NCBI GenBank assembly: GCA_963677495.2
Contig: CAXXOU010000004.1
Coordinates: forward strand, 1,152,001 to 1,216,000
DNA from: Candidatus Cloacimonadales bacterium
GTDB lineage: Bacteria > Cloacimonadota > Cloacimonadia > Cloacimonadales > JAFGVF01
DNA: 64,000 nucleotides
Reading direction: 5' to 3'
Shown here: positions 11,297 through 21,489 of the stretch, one piece after another
Numbering within the stretch: the first letter of the stretch is position 1
Layout of the letters: every line of letters starts with the position of its first letter
Translations under genes and position numbers: made by a program
The notes under the pieces: model-generated
The model's input: only the letters and a program-made list of their open reading frames with translations
Databases searched by the model: none
Told to the model about the DNA's origin: nothing

Positions 11297-13237
11297 TCAA
11301 TATGAAATAATGTTGGATAAAACAGTTATGTTTTCATTTCTAGGAAATAAAATAGAGGATTCTATTGGTGTATTACGCCACACAAGAATTGATTCATAGA
11401 ATTTAACGTGTAGAAATGTTGGACATGCACTTTGTGTACGCCAATCAACTTCTCCTTTAAATTCTACGTAGGAAGCTCGTGTTTTACCCAAAAAATGAGT
11501 ATAATAAAAACTAACACGTTTCATAAACTGTAGTTCATTAAACACAGTCTCACAATTAAAATATGCTCCAAGAGCTACATCTTTTGAGAAGACCAATTTA
11601 TCAAATAAAGTACTTCCATTAAATTTTGTACTTGCGAGGAATACTTTATCCATAAAGTTTGAGTGAGAGATTGACACTTCTTGATTATATTTATTAGTCT
11701 CTATACTTGAAATTGCTTCATCTGAATTCTTTTTACCAATAATTACACTTTCAAATCGTACATTAGACCTGAAAGTGCAAGAATAAATATTCAATGCACT
11801 AATTGATGTTATCTCAGCCACTCCATTAATAAAAATATCAGAAAAAAAATCGCACGAAATAACAACTAGTTTTTCTATTGTTGTTCTAAAACCGAATCTC
11901 AAAATTCCATTGAATTTTGTATTTTTTAGTATGCACTCGTAAATATCTCCTTCAATATCAAATCCATTTTTTATTTCAGAATTAAGAATTCTAACACTAT
12001 TTCCTTTACTTTCACCATAAACAATTGATAATCCATAACATTTAACATTGTCCAAATGTAGGTCTATTGGTTTATTGTTACTGATCTTGATTCTTATTTG
12101 TCCAATTCTAACATTCTTGATGACAATATTGCCTTCGAGTTGATGATTGTAAATACTTGTTGAGGTATCTGAATCAGTTATCTCAAGATTTGCACCCAAA
12201 AAAGATTCATCAAATGTGGAGGGATAATCACCAAAATCTACTTTATGAAAAACTGTGGTGCCACCAAACTGAATATTTTTAAAACTTGCACCTTGATTAA
12301 ATTTCACACGTATGAACTTTGTATGATTTCCAAAATAAACTCTTGATTCTTTCGCAAACGCTGCTTTTGCAAGAATATCCATTCCTGATACTATTGCAAA
12401 ATTCAAAAAAACTACTCTAACAAAACTGGTAAAATCTTTAAATTTTGAACCTCTTAAACTTATTTCTCCTAATTCCATATTGTAAAACAGTGTTTTATTA
12501 CCAAAACTACTTTCATATACTCCTAAAGAATGAAGCTTCAAATTCTTTATCATCGTGTCCTCACCAAAGACACTTTCTTTTATGGTTATACTATTCATTG
12601 ATACTGTATCAAAATTGGTTGAATTACCAAACTTTGAATTTTTTATTTCAATACAACTATAGCACTGATAATCTGTACTTTTCTGAACAATGAAAAAGGA
12701 AGTAGCATCTTCAAACTCAACATTGTTGAACTCAATCGTTCCATAGATTTTACATCTATGAAATCTTGTACAATTTTTAAAGTGCGATCCATCAAATATT
12801 ATTTTACCAAGAAACATAGTATCGGTAAACGATGTATAATCTTTGAAATGAATCGATCTAAAGCTAACTTCCCATAACTCAGAATACTTAAAGGAAAAAT
12901 ATATGTCTTTAGAAAAATCCCAATCTACAGAGTTTAAAACATCTTTAAAATCGATAAAACTTAATTCTGCTTTATCCAAATATACTCTGTTACCAGTAAT
13001 TTTCAGTTGCCTTTCAACTTCATTTCTTAACAAATCAATCTCATTTGGTCTTCCAGTTATGAAATCATAAAACTTATGAGGTTTCGTAAAGGAGCCAAAT
13101 ATCCTAATAACTTCTCCTTCTTTTTTTCGTAATAGAGTATATGGATAATTAATAGTAATCTTTTTTCCAAGGTTAAATTTGTCTTCACATTCTACAATAA
13201 ACGGTTTGTTTAACCGGACTAAATCTACATTTTTCAT
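11297..13237 (-). CDS. Pentapeptide-repeat-like (beta-solenoid) protein
   Basis: Recurrent F-x-x-x-x-F spacing (TxFxxxxF; e.g. FKNCTRFHRCKI, FGNKTLFYNMEL, FNQGASFKNIQFGGTTVFHKVDF). Visibly AT-rich. Start taken at ATG 13237. Confidence 0.7.
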   Translation of the reverse strand: MKNVDLVRLNKPFIVECEDKFNLGKKITINYPYTLLRKKEGEVIRIFGSFTKPHKFYDFITGRPNEIDLLRNEVERQLKITGNRVYLDKAELSFIDFKDVLNSVDWDFSKDIYFSFKYSELWEVSFRSIHFKDYTSFTDTMFLGKIIFDGSHFKNCTRFHRCKIYGTIEFNNVEFEDATSFFIVQKSTDYQCYSCIEIKNSKFGNSTNFDTVSMNSITIKESVFGEDTMIKNLKLHSLGVYESSFGNKTLFYNMELGEISLRGSKFKDFTSFVRVVFLNFAIVSGMDILAKAAFAKESRVYFGNHTKFIRVKFNQGASFKNIQFGGTTVFHKVDFGDYPSTFDESFLGANLEITDSDTSTSIYNHQLEGNIVIKNVRIGQIRIKISNNKPIDLHLDNVKCYGLSIVYGESKGNSVRILNSEIKNGFDIEGDIYECILKNTKFNGILRFGFRTTIEKLVVISCDFFSDIFINGVAEITSISALNIYSCTFRSNVRFESVIIGKKNSDEAISSIETNKYNQEVSISHSNFMDKVFLASTKFNGSTLFDKLVFSKDVALGAYFNCETVFNELQFMKRVSFYYTHFLGKTRASYVEFKGEVDWRTQSACPTFLHVKFYESILVWRNTPIESSILFPRNENITVLSNIISY

Positions 13238-13401
13238 ATCAACCCACTTTATATATAAAGATTGTATCAATTCTATTTATAAAAATATCACAGTCAAATA
13301 AAATATTGTATTTCAAGAGTCTTTGCTCTAAAATGATGAGATTCCTGATTTCTGTTTAAATTGTCCCTTCTCCCCCACGTTATTCCCATGAGCAATATTG
13401 A

Positions 13402-13452
13402 CTCAATCCTCGCTCATTTCCCACTCAACACTTACTCAAAACATGTTTTGAG
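13402..13452. repeat. 11-bp-phased CTCA ladder ending in a perfect 18-bp palindrome
   Basis: CTCA at 13402, 13413, 13424, 13435; CTCAAAACATGTTTTGAG at 13435-13452. Confidence 0.7.
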
Positions 13453-14099
13453 AGTTAGAAATTAGTAAGATGTTTGGGAGTGTTATATCTTGACTCATAT
13501 TAAATTGCTCAAGTGCAAATCGGGAGAGAATCCGGATTAAAGACGCTAAATGTAAAATGAATATGTAATAAATAGAGTCAGTTTATATGACATCTCCCTT
13601 CATCAGCCTTCGTCTAAAGCTACACCCTGACAGGCTGAAGAACTACTTGGAAATATGAATCTGGCTTCGAGTTTCGGAATTAGCGATTCGTACTTCGTTG
13701 CGAATCACTTCTTCCTTGGTCATCTTGCAATTGCATATACTCAGTTGATGCACTCCATATTTAACCTATCCAACAATACGCAATAAACGCACTGCTCTCC
13801 CACTGTGCACGCACTGTGAACCCAGTGAAACAGTGGGTTGGCAGTGCCTTCACAGTGCCTGCACAGTGCAAACACAGTGGGTTGGTTGATAGAGCAGTAT
13901 GAGAGAGAAAAAGGGCAATAAATATAGCTAAGTTATTGAAAAAGGCACTGAGTATATCAATTTCGGACTTGCGTTGCAGCGATAGCGTGACGCGAGAACG
14001 AAAACATCGGATTACGACTTCTATTTCCAGAATTAGCGAATCACATTGTCAATGGCATTTTAAATTGGTACAGTTTGGCATTTAAAAATGGTACAGTCT

Positions 14100-14831
14100 T
14101 CATTTTTGAAAATTCCTTAGTCTAAAGCTGTCTCCGAGCATTGTAATTGGTTGTGAGTGATGGAGTAATCTATCAAGAATAGCAGTTGCTATCACATTGT
14201 CGTTAAAAATAGCTCCCCATTCATTAAACAACCTATTCGATGTTATGATTACTGATCTAAATTCGTATAAGAGATGGATGAGTCTAAAGAACAGATTAGC
14301 TGCCTTTGTCTGGAGAGGAAGATACCCCATCTCATCTATAACTATCAGATCATTCTTGGCTATATTGCTTAGATATTTATCTATGTTGTTATCTGCTTCA
14401 GCTAGTACAAGTTCTTCGATAAGGTTGTTCAGATTATAAAACACCACCTTATATCCTGCCTTTATTGCTTCATAACTGAGTGCTGTTGCAACATGAGTCT
14501 TACCTACTCCCGGAGGTCCCATTAAAATTATATTCCTCCTCTGCTCCAGCCAGACAAAGTTCTTCCACTCCTTTACTTGTCTTTTGGTTATTACTTGTTG
14601 ATAAGCATAGTCGAACTCATCAAAGGTCTTTATTACCGGGATGTGAGCCTGTTTAAGTCTTCTGTTGATATTGGTTTGATTCCTTCCTGAGTTCTCTTTT
14701 TCAAATAGATAATGTACGAACTCCAGATAAGTCATATTCTGTTTCTCTGCTTCTAAAACTGCACTTTCAAGAGTATTCAAAATATGAGTACAACGAGCCC
14801 TTTTGATGTATGTTTTAGTTATCTCTATCAT
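14100..14831 (-). CDS. istB: IS21 helper AAA+ ATPase IstB
   Basis: Walker A GPPGVGKT, Walker B LIVIDEMGY, IITSN, AILDRLLHH, GDSFR. Confidence 0.95.
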   Translation of the reverse strand: MIEITKTYIKRARCTHILNTLESAVLEAEKQNMTYLEFVHYLFEKENSGRNQTNINRRLKQAHIPVIKTFDEFDYAYQQVITKRQVKEWKNFVWLEQRRNIILMGPPGVGKTHVATALSYEAIKAGYKVVFYNLNNLIEELVLAEADNNIDKYLSNIAKNDLIVIDEMGYLPLQTKAANLFFRLIHLLYEFRSVIITSNRLFNEWGAIFNDNVIATAILDRLLHHSQPITMLGDSFRLRNFQK

Positions 14832-14832
14832 C

Positions 14833-16308
14833 TTATAACACCTTCATGTAGTCATCTAATGAGCGCTCTATTAATGAACTCTCTGAGTCTTGTTGTGGTT
14901 CTGATTCTGATAATTCATTTAGCTTCATTTGTCTTACTTTTGCATTCAGAAGCTTCTCTATGGCTGTTGCCTTTACATGCGAAAGAGTCATTACCTCAGG
15001 AAGCACTGACTCCCATACATCTGTTTCATAGTTACGCTTAAACTTGCTTAAGGCTCTCAACTGATCCCTTGCTATTTTAGGGTTATCATTAACAAGCCTC
15101 TGGATTAGTTCTTCTCCTTGGATATATTCACTCATCTCATCCTTTACTCGCTCAATAAGCTCTTGTAGCACTACCGTAAAATCCCGATAATGATTAGTGT
15201 TTTTGATGATTTTGCCTTTTTCTGTGCATAGCTCATGTTGGCAGATTTCCTTTCTTGTATAAATATCCATCACCACTAAAGTGCTCTTTTCTTTTTGCAC
15301 ATATACCTGTTTTCGCTGATACTCTAATGGAACAGAGTACTTATTACCCTCATACGAGATTAAGCCTGTTTTATCTGCATTACGAACTTCTAAAGTGAAG
15401 ATAAACTCTGGAATATCTTTTAGCTTTAACCTCTCTTCTTGCCATACTTCTGATGGTACTTTACGGGTTGTGCCATGGGTTCTGCCGTTAAAGTGTAAAA
15501 GCCACTCAAGTCCGCGTGAACGCAGGTCTGCCAGGTCTTTGAACTCTTTGCCATACATAAAGCCATGCTTTACTTCTGAGACATTACGCTCTACTTTACC
15601 CTTGCTTTGTGGATCATAGCCTTCGCATACATGAGGATGAAAGCCCGTTTTTGCTGCAAACTGATGGAACTGATTATTTAAGATTACTTCCCGATAGCGT
15701 TCCTGTATTACTACAAGCTTTGTCTGGTCGTAAACACACTCTGAAGGGATACCTTCAAAATAGATAAAAGCTTCACGATGAGCTTCAATAAACCTTGATG
15801 TGTTATATGGTGTTGTGCTCCAATGGACATAGCTTTGACGCGAGTGGGAAAGCACAAAAACTATAAAATAAACTCTTTGACGTTTATTACCCAAAACTAC
15901 TTTCATCTCACCTGGATCAACTTGAACCTGAACACCGGGAGCCGTCTCGATTACTGCATAATTACGGTATTTATCGACAGGATAAGTCTGCTTTAGCTTA
16001 CGAACAAAATCTCGGAAAGCTCTGTCTTTTGCTTTTATCTCAGGGAACTTTTTCTTAACTTCTAAATATAGTACACTAGCTCTTAATCGTGGATATTTGC
16101 TAAGCCTTTCGCGGACATATTGCTCACATATGGCAAAACTGCTTTCACGAATGCTATTGTTTATTAGTTCCATGAACTCATCAAGTGTCATATTTATGTA
16201 TTTACCTACTGTTGTCTTTGATAGAGACAACTCCTCTGCGATCTTACGCTGACTATGCCCTTGCTTATGCATAGTTTTTATTGAATGATACACTTCTACT
16301 CCAATCAT
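14833..16308 (-). CDS. istA: IS21 DDE transposase IstA
   Basis: N-terminal HTH (SQRKIAEELSLSKTTVGKY), ETAPGVQVQVD, YDQTK, KGKVER, YSVP. Start moved to ATG 16308 (GGAG RBS). Confidence 0.95.
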   Translation of the reverse strand: MIGVEVYHSIKTMHKQGHSQRKIAEELSLSKTTVGKYINMTLDEFMELINNSIRESSFAICEQYVRERLSKYPRLRASVLYLEVKKKFPEIKAKDRAFRDFVRKLKQTYPVDKYRNYAVIETAPGVQVQVDPGEMKVVLGNKRQRVYFIVFVLSHSRQSYVHWSTTPYNTSRFIEAHREAFIYFEGIPSECVYDQTKLVVIQERYREVILNNQFHQFAAKTGFHPHVCEGYDPQSKGKVERNVSEVKHGFMYGKEFKDLADLRSRGLEWLLHFNGRTHGTTRKVPSEVWQEERLKLKDIPEFIFTLEVRNADKTGLISYEGNKYSVPLEYQRKQVYVQKEKSTLVVMDIYTRKEICQHELCTEKGKIIKNTNHYRDFTVVLQELIERVKDEMSEYIQGEELIQRLVNDNPKIARDQLRALSKFKRNYETDVWESVLPEVMTLSHVKATAIEKLLNAKVRQMKLNELSESEPQQDSESSLIERSLDDYMKVL

Positions 16309-16584
16309 ACCTACTCCAAACTGTCTTGAAGTAGTCATTTTTAAAGGTTGGCAGTTTTGTACCACTTTTCACTGCCATCGTGTACCATTTCTCACTGCCA
16401 TTGACAATCACATTTCATTGCGACTCACTTCTTCTTCCGGAGTGCATTTTAGGAAGTCCGTTCTCCTTTCAGTCTTACAAACTCCCTGAGATGCGGTAAG
16501 TTGTTGCTAATTGCACTGTGTGTAAGACAAGCCCCACAGAGGAGCGTGGGGCATGTTGTTATTCTGTATGAATCATGAAGAAAA

Positions 16585-17889
16585 CTAATCTCTCATTGAA
16601 CTATCTGTTCTACCATTATCATATAGTCCTATAACTTCGGATATTTCTCCCTTTTCATTTTCGATAAACTTTAATCTGAAATAATCTAATCCTTCCAGAC
16701 CAAAAAGGTGTTTCTCAAGTGGTTTCATTTTAAGGGCATCTCTCCCCTCTCTTCTATATAATAGTACTCCATCTTCTTCAAATATCTTTCGAGGGCCATA
16801 GTTCCCAATATACTTCTTTAAATCTGAATTAAGGGGTTTGTATGGGTTTAACTTTGCTGATAATCCGATCTTTGCCCATTCGAGCATAAACTTCTTTACC
16901 GGATGCTTTGCTTCTTCAGACAGTTTCGTGATTGCATCTAAATAAGCTTTCTCCATTGCTTGTTTACTTTCTATCTCAATATCAGGTTGTACTCCTACCC
17001 CTTCCCAGTTACTCTTTGTGATTGGATTTACAGCTTTTCCGAAAGGTATTTTTAAGATAAAACCAAGCTCAGGCATTGGGAAGAAGTTAACAGGGTGAGC
17101 TCCACCACCGGTGGTTTCACCGACTAAAGTAGCACGTTTAAGATTCTTTAGGTTATATGAGAATTCTTCTGCTGCTGAAAATGTGTAGCTTGAAGTCAGA
17201 ATATAAACAGGTTTTTTGAGATACTTCTGATTCGGGAGATAAGATTGAGTCCAAAACTAAGCGTATTCATCCTTTTCCTTCACATAAAAGGAGTTCAGAT
17301 GTTGAGATTCATCAAAGAGATAGCTGGAAAGGTATTGAATCATGTTTGCATTACCTCCCCCATTCTCTCTTAAATCAATAATTAGTGCATCGGTGTTAAT
17401 CAGAAATCCCATAGCAGCTTCAGCAGTTTTACCGGCAAAGCGTACGTCCTCGAAGCTATCAAGCTTGATATATCCGACATTACCTTGAAGCAGTTTTGCC
17501 TCTCGGAATCCATAGTTCTGACTCTTCATTTTCTCTATTCTTAACTTCTCCATGTCAATATCATCTGGTTTTTGACCCTTAGATTCCGGAGACATAGGGA
17601 TAATTTCCAGATGAAGATCGTTATAGATTGAACGCATATCTTCTGTAAGCTGTTGAGCAAGTTTCCTTGGATCATCAATCTTCTTGTAGCTTTTCTTGAG
17701 ATTCTTTCTAAGTTTCTGGACCATTTTCTCTGCATGTTTAGGGAAAACATAGATATCTGTCAGTTTTGCTGATATTGAATCAATAAGAGCTTCTTTCTGC
17801 GTAATTGTGAGTTTGGGAGTATCACTTGCAAACAAACCGAAACTCATTATTACAATTATGAATGTAAGGGTTATTTTTAATAACTTCAT
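16585..17889 (-). pseudogene. S41 family (IRBP-like) peptidase interrupted by one in-frame TAG at 17257-17259
   Basis: The two ORFs are in the same frame. Reading through TAG gives KDEYA*FWTQSYLP..PVYILTSSYTFSAAEEFSYNLKNLKRATLVGETTGGGAHP, joining IIDLRENGGG to NWEGVGVQPD. Confidence 0.85.
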
Positions 17890-18869
17890 TGTTCCTCCTG
17901 TTGTGTTTTTACTCTAAGCGGTAGATGTAAAAGCAGGTTGTTTCCGTCCCTTTCCATAAGTTTGAATTTGTAGTTATTGGGAGATACAAGTTCGAAGCCA
18001 GCTTTTCTATACAATTGAACAGCCTTTGTCAACTTCTCATGTGTCATTAAGACTACCTCAGTACCTCCCCTATTCATAGCTGTGTTTATAAGATGATTCA
18101 GTAAAAGACTTCCCACTCCACGTCCTTTGAAATCATTCTTAACAGCCATTTTGCTTATAACATAAATGTTGTCATGTTCCGGTGTGATTGCCCCGGTTGC
18201 AATTATCTCATCTTTATACTCAATAAAGAGAATTTCTCCACCTTTATTGATTATCTCCACTTCAGGATTACTAAGAGCTCTGTTGTCTTCATCTGTAAAC
18301 ACAAAGAACTCATCAATCCAAGCCTTGTTTAAGCTGTAAAAATAATGTTTCAAATCATGATTATACCTAAGTATGTTATACAACTTGTTTTGCATCTCTC
18401 TATATTGTTTTAGAACCCTATCTTCGAGTGGTTCGTTTTCTAAAGCTTGTTCTAACTTATTCATCGCAGCTAGCATATCAATACCTGCATCCTCAAAGAG
18501 CTTACGCGTTGCAACTGCAAAAGCATCCCAAATAGGTTTAAGCTCTTTCTGCAGTTTTTCACCTTTTTTTGTAAGAGTCAAAACCCTTCTTCGTTTGTCC
18601 TCACCCTGAGCTGATTTAACATAACCATGTTCCAGAAGAGCATTTGTTATTTTAATTACAGCGGGATGCGAGAAGTTTAATTCAGTGGCAATACTGGATA
18701 TTGATACAGGTTTTCCTGCCGTAGCTATGTAGTAGAAAGTTGTAAACCATCTCATTTCGAAGTTACAGTTACCGGCTTTATAAACCTTCCCTGCACTGAT
18801 AGCAATTCTCTCTGTCAGAAGTTTCAATCTGGTCCCAAAACCAAGAAATCCAAGTTCATCGATGAACAT
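17886..18869 (-). CDS. MarR-type HTH regulator fused to a GNAT acetyltransferase
   Basis: SISSIATELNFSHPAV..DKRRRVLTLTKKG (wHTH); LNKAWI..F, KMAV..KGRGVG, AVQLYRKAGF (GNAT). Start moved to ATG 18869 (AAGGAG RBS). Confidence 0.88.
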   Translation of the reverse strand: MFIDELGFLGFGTRLKLLTERIAISAGKVYKAGNCNFEMRWFTTFYYIATAGKPVSISSIATELNFSHPAVIKITNALLEHGYVKSAQGEDKRRRVLTLTKKGEKLQKELKPIWDAFAVATRKLFEDAGIDMLAAMNKLEQALENEPLEDRVLKQYREMQNKLYNILRYNHDLKHYFYSLNKAWIDEFFVFTDEDNRALSNPEVEIINKGGEILFIEYKDEIIATGAITPEHDNIYVISKMAVKNDFKGRGVGSLLLNHLINTAMNRGGTEVVLMTHEKLTKAVQLYRKAGFELVSPNNYKFKLMERDGNNLLLHLPLRVKTQQEEQ

Positions 18870-19134
18870 AGTAGCTCCTTTTACGTAACTGGTTACGAGT
18901 TTTAGTTTTGATTGAGAATTGTCAATATCTTTTTCCTGATTTAATGTTGTTAATGATTGCAGTATCTTTTGATGTGAGTCCGAGAAAAGCTTCTCCCAAT
19001 AGACTAGCACCTATAGCAAATAAATCTCCTTACAGGAAATGGTTCTCTAGCAATCGGGAAACTAAAGTCATCGGAGAGTTCTCTCTACTCGTTCGTTCCT
19101 CACTCGATCGGGATGACAACGAAAGACAAAGGAA

Positions 19135-20313
19135 TTATTTCTTCTTAGGTTTCAACCATTTCCTTAAGAGTGTAAGCAGTATTGTTGAACCTGCAAGGAT
19201 AACACCCATTCTAATGTATATAGTAAAAGTATCTGTGTTATCGAGTCCTTTTCCTACAAATGGAGCAAAAATGGCGAATCCTATGCTTCCTGCAAGACTT
19301 ACAAGTGAGATGACTGTAGCTCTGTACTTATCCTCTACGTTGTGGTTAATATAGAATCTTAGGGTTGGGTCTTTTAAACCACGAACTATTTGCTGTAAGG
19401 CTAGAATAGCAATCATGAAAGGAGATTTCAGTAAACCCGGTATGACAAAGCTAATTACAAGCACCCAACAAAGCCCAAGCAATATACGTCTTGGTCGTTC
19501 ATCATAGTACTTTGCGACCAGATACTTAGATGAGAATGCTGCTACTAAGTTAAACCCGAAATAGATCCAACCAAAGTAGAGAACATCTATATTCACTGCA
19601 GAGAAGTATGGTTGATAGAGCCAATAACTGCTTCTAAAGAAGAAACCAATTACGAACGCAAACAGAATTGCCCAAAGAATCCTTGGATGCTTAACTGCAT
19701 AGCCTGTGCTCTTGAGGATGTGAATAATGTAGTTATGCTTACTCTTCTCTATCTCTGTATCGATGAAGAAAATACTTGAAACACCGGCTAGTGCTAAGAA
19801 AACAAGAGATATGAGAAACGGGATAGTCTCCCCTATCATATAGAGATAACCTGAAAGGATTGAACCAAGAGCTTGTGCTATGAAAACGTATGAAGAGCTG
19901 TTACCTTCATAACGTTGGTATTCTTTACGTTTATCAAGCTTTGTTAGGGATTCATACAATATTGCTGAATCAGCTCCGCTTGCAAAAGTCATACCGAGTC
20001 CAAAGAGCAGTTCAGCAATCGCAAACATGATAAATGAATCGAAAATAATATAGAAAGACAAAGCGACAATACAGATTACTTCACTTAATACTAGTGAGAA
20101 TTTGCGTGAGATCTTATCAGCTACAGCACCTGTAGGTACTTCAAAAAGGAATACTCCAACTGCAGAGATCGATTGCAAGAGCATAATCTGAGAATATGAC
20201 AAACCTTTCCAAAGCATGAAAGGAACCAATATAGGTCCAATAATCATTAGGTTGGAAAGTACTCTGTAGAGTGGATATATTCTTAGATTTCTGTTATAAG
20301 CTTCTGCATTCAT
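19135..20313 (-). CDS. MFS transporter
   Basis: FEVPTGAVADKISRK, SGADSAILYESL, RATVISL; about 12 hydrophobic segments. Confidence 0.9.
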   Translation of the reverse strand: MNAEAYNRNLRIYPLYRVLSNLMIIGPILVPFMLWKGLSYSQIMLLQSISAVGVFLFEVPTGAVADKISRKFSLVLSEVICIVALSFYIIFDSFIMFAIAELLFGLGMTFASGADSAILYESLTKLDKRKEYQRYEGNSSSYVFIAQALGSILSGYLYMIGETIPFLISLVFLALAGVSSIFFIDTEIEKSKHNYIIHILKSTGYAVKHPRILWAILFAFVIGFFFRSSYWLYQPYFSAVNIDVLYFGWIYFGFNLVAAFSSKYLVAKYYDERPRRILLGLCWVLVISFVIPGLLKSPFMIAILALQQIVRGLKDPTLRFYINHNVEDKYRATVISLVSLAGSIGFAIFAPFVGKGLDNTDTFTIYIRMGVILAGSTILLTLLRKWLKPKKK

Positions 20314-20491
20314 ATTAACCTCACATCGATAAACGAGTGCTATTTATTGAAATACAGAAAATTTTGTCAACAGGGATGATTAAATAAAAAGGGATATAAA
20401 AAGAGAAGAAGGAAAGAAGCCCAAAACTTCCTTAGAAAAGAAGAGGCAATCAGACTCTTCCAAAGAGACTTCGGACTTCGAATTCCTTTCC

Positions 20492-21481
20492 TTACGATTC
20501 TACCGGATCGTTTTGACCCAGCATAGCCAAATAAAAGGCTACCATATCAATAAAATAGATTAAAGCTGCAAAGTCAACTAAATCATTATCAGTTTCTGCA
20601 AAAAGTTCTAAATAGTTAATGCCTTTTCTGCTAAGTAGTTCCTTGAACTCATCATGTTCAGGGGTCTCGAAGCTTAGTTTACTAATAATGATAGGTATAT
20701 AGTTTTCGTTTAATAATTCTCTATTCCACACACCGATTTCGTAAGTAAGAGCATGATCATAGCTACTATAAAAAGCGGGATACTTAGAAATACGGTTTAT
20801 CTGATTCTTTAATCTACCTGCAACCGGACGGTATACTTTCTCAGCATAATAGATTAAGGGAATTCTCCCGTGAATATGATGAGCAAAACTTTTTGCCATA
20901 TTCATAGTGAAAGGTTGATTACGTGTGATAGCTCCTGCTTTTGTAATGAGAGCTGCTGCTATCTTGTTAACCAGCTTTGGACCCTCTAATATACCTGTTT
21001 GAATCAGAGATTTAATAACCAATGTATAGAGATAAGGGAAGTTCAGGGATGGGATATTAGGAGTAGTAAAGTAATATCCATTCTGATTGAACTCAACCTT
21101 ATTTAATTCACTGGAAATCATTATCATGTCAGCAGGAGAGTCGTTAATAATACTCAAGTAATTATCACTTTTAATTCTCTCTGTATCAAAATCAATATAG
21201 ATAACCAAGGTATTTTCTTTAAGATACAAAGGATTGAGTTTATCAGTGTTCATAACCTCAATTGTACCTTTGAGAACCTCTCTGAAGATACGTGTGGTAC
21301 TGCATTTGTTTTTATTCAAGAACACTACAGATTTGAACTCTTTATTTTTAAAAGGAGTGCTATCATTGTACGGCATATGCTCATTTGCAAGCATGGCACA
21401 CTGTGGATAATGAATTATCTGGTCATAAACATTGTGTAAATCAATCTTCTTTATTAAATCAATATCATCTAATAGGTGCAT
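20492..21481 (-). CDS. Degenerate bifunctional phosphoglucose/phosphomannose isomerase-like SIS protein
   Basis: IKKIDLHNVYDQI..YP, NMAKSFA..IHGRIPLIY, RLKNQINRISKYPA, LIYFIDMVAFYLAML..DP match the PGI/PMI layout, but the GMGGS loop is absent. Confidence 0.6.
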   Translation of the reverse strand: MHLLDDIDLIKKIDLHNVYDQIIHYPQCAMLANEHMPYNDSTPFKNKEFKSVVFLNKNKCSTTRIFREVLKGTIEVMNTDKLNPLYLKENTLVIYIDFDTERIKSDNYLSIINDSPADMIMISSELNKVEFNQNGYYFTTPNIPSLNFPYLYTLVIKSLIQTGILEGPKLVNKIAAALITKAGAITRNQPFTMNMAKSFAHHIHGRIPLIYYAEKVYRPVAGRLKNQINRISKYPAFYSSYDHALTYEIGVWNRELLNENYIPIIISKLSFETPEHDEFKELLSRKGINYLELFAETDNDLVDFAALIYFIDMVAFYLAMLGQNDPVES

Positions 21482-21489
21482 TATAACTC

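Larger units (their letters stand above)
14047..16406 (-). mobile_element. Complete IS21-family insertion sequence (2360 bp)
   Basis: Ends TGTCAATGGCA...TGCCATTGACA; two sub-terminal repeats at each end (14053/14076 and 16358/16381); 7-bp target duplication ATCACAT at 14040-14046 and 16407-16413; istA-istB inside. Confidence 0.95.
13790..16524. repeat. Composite intergenic repeat, copy 2, split by IS21 (13790-14046 and 16407-16524)
   Basis: Ladder from 13790; 27-bp direct repeats at 13930 and 16498; module TTTTAGGAAGTCCGTT..ACAAACTCCCTGA resumes after the IS. Confidence 0.85.

Noticed and set aside
16309..16365. Extended IstA N-terminus from the ORF track
   Set aside because: It overlaps the IS sub-terminal repeats; ATG 16308 has an RBS and begins at the expected HTH.
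17257..17259. Pyrrolysine or genome-wide TAG recoding
   Set aside because: TAG terminates many intact genes here (pgi, lipA, glyA, fhs, kdsC), no pyl genes are in the window, and a single C-to-T change explains it.
20385..20490. Purine-rich tract and GACTTCG repeats as another 11-bp ladder
   Set aside because: Periodicity is too weak to call by eye.
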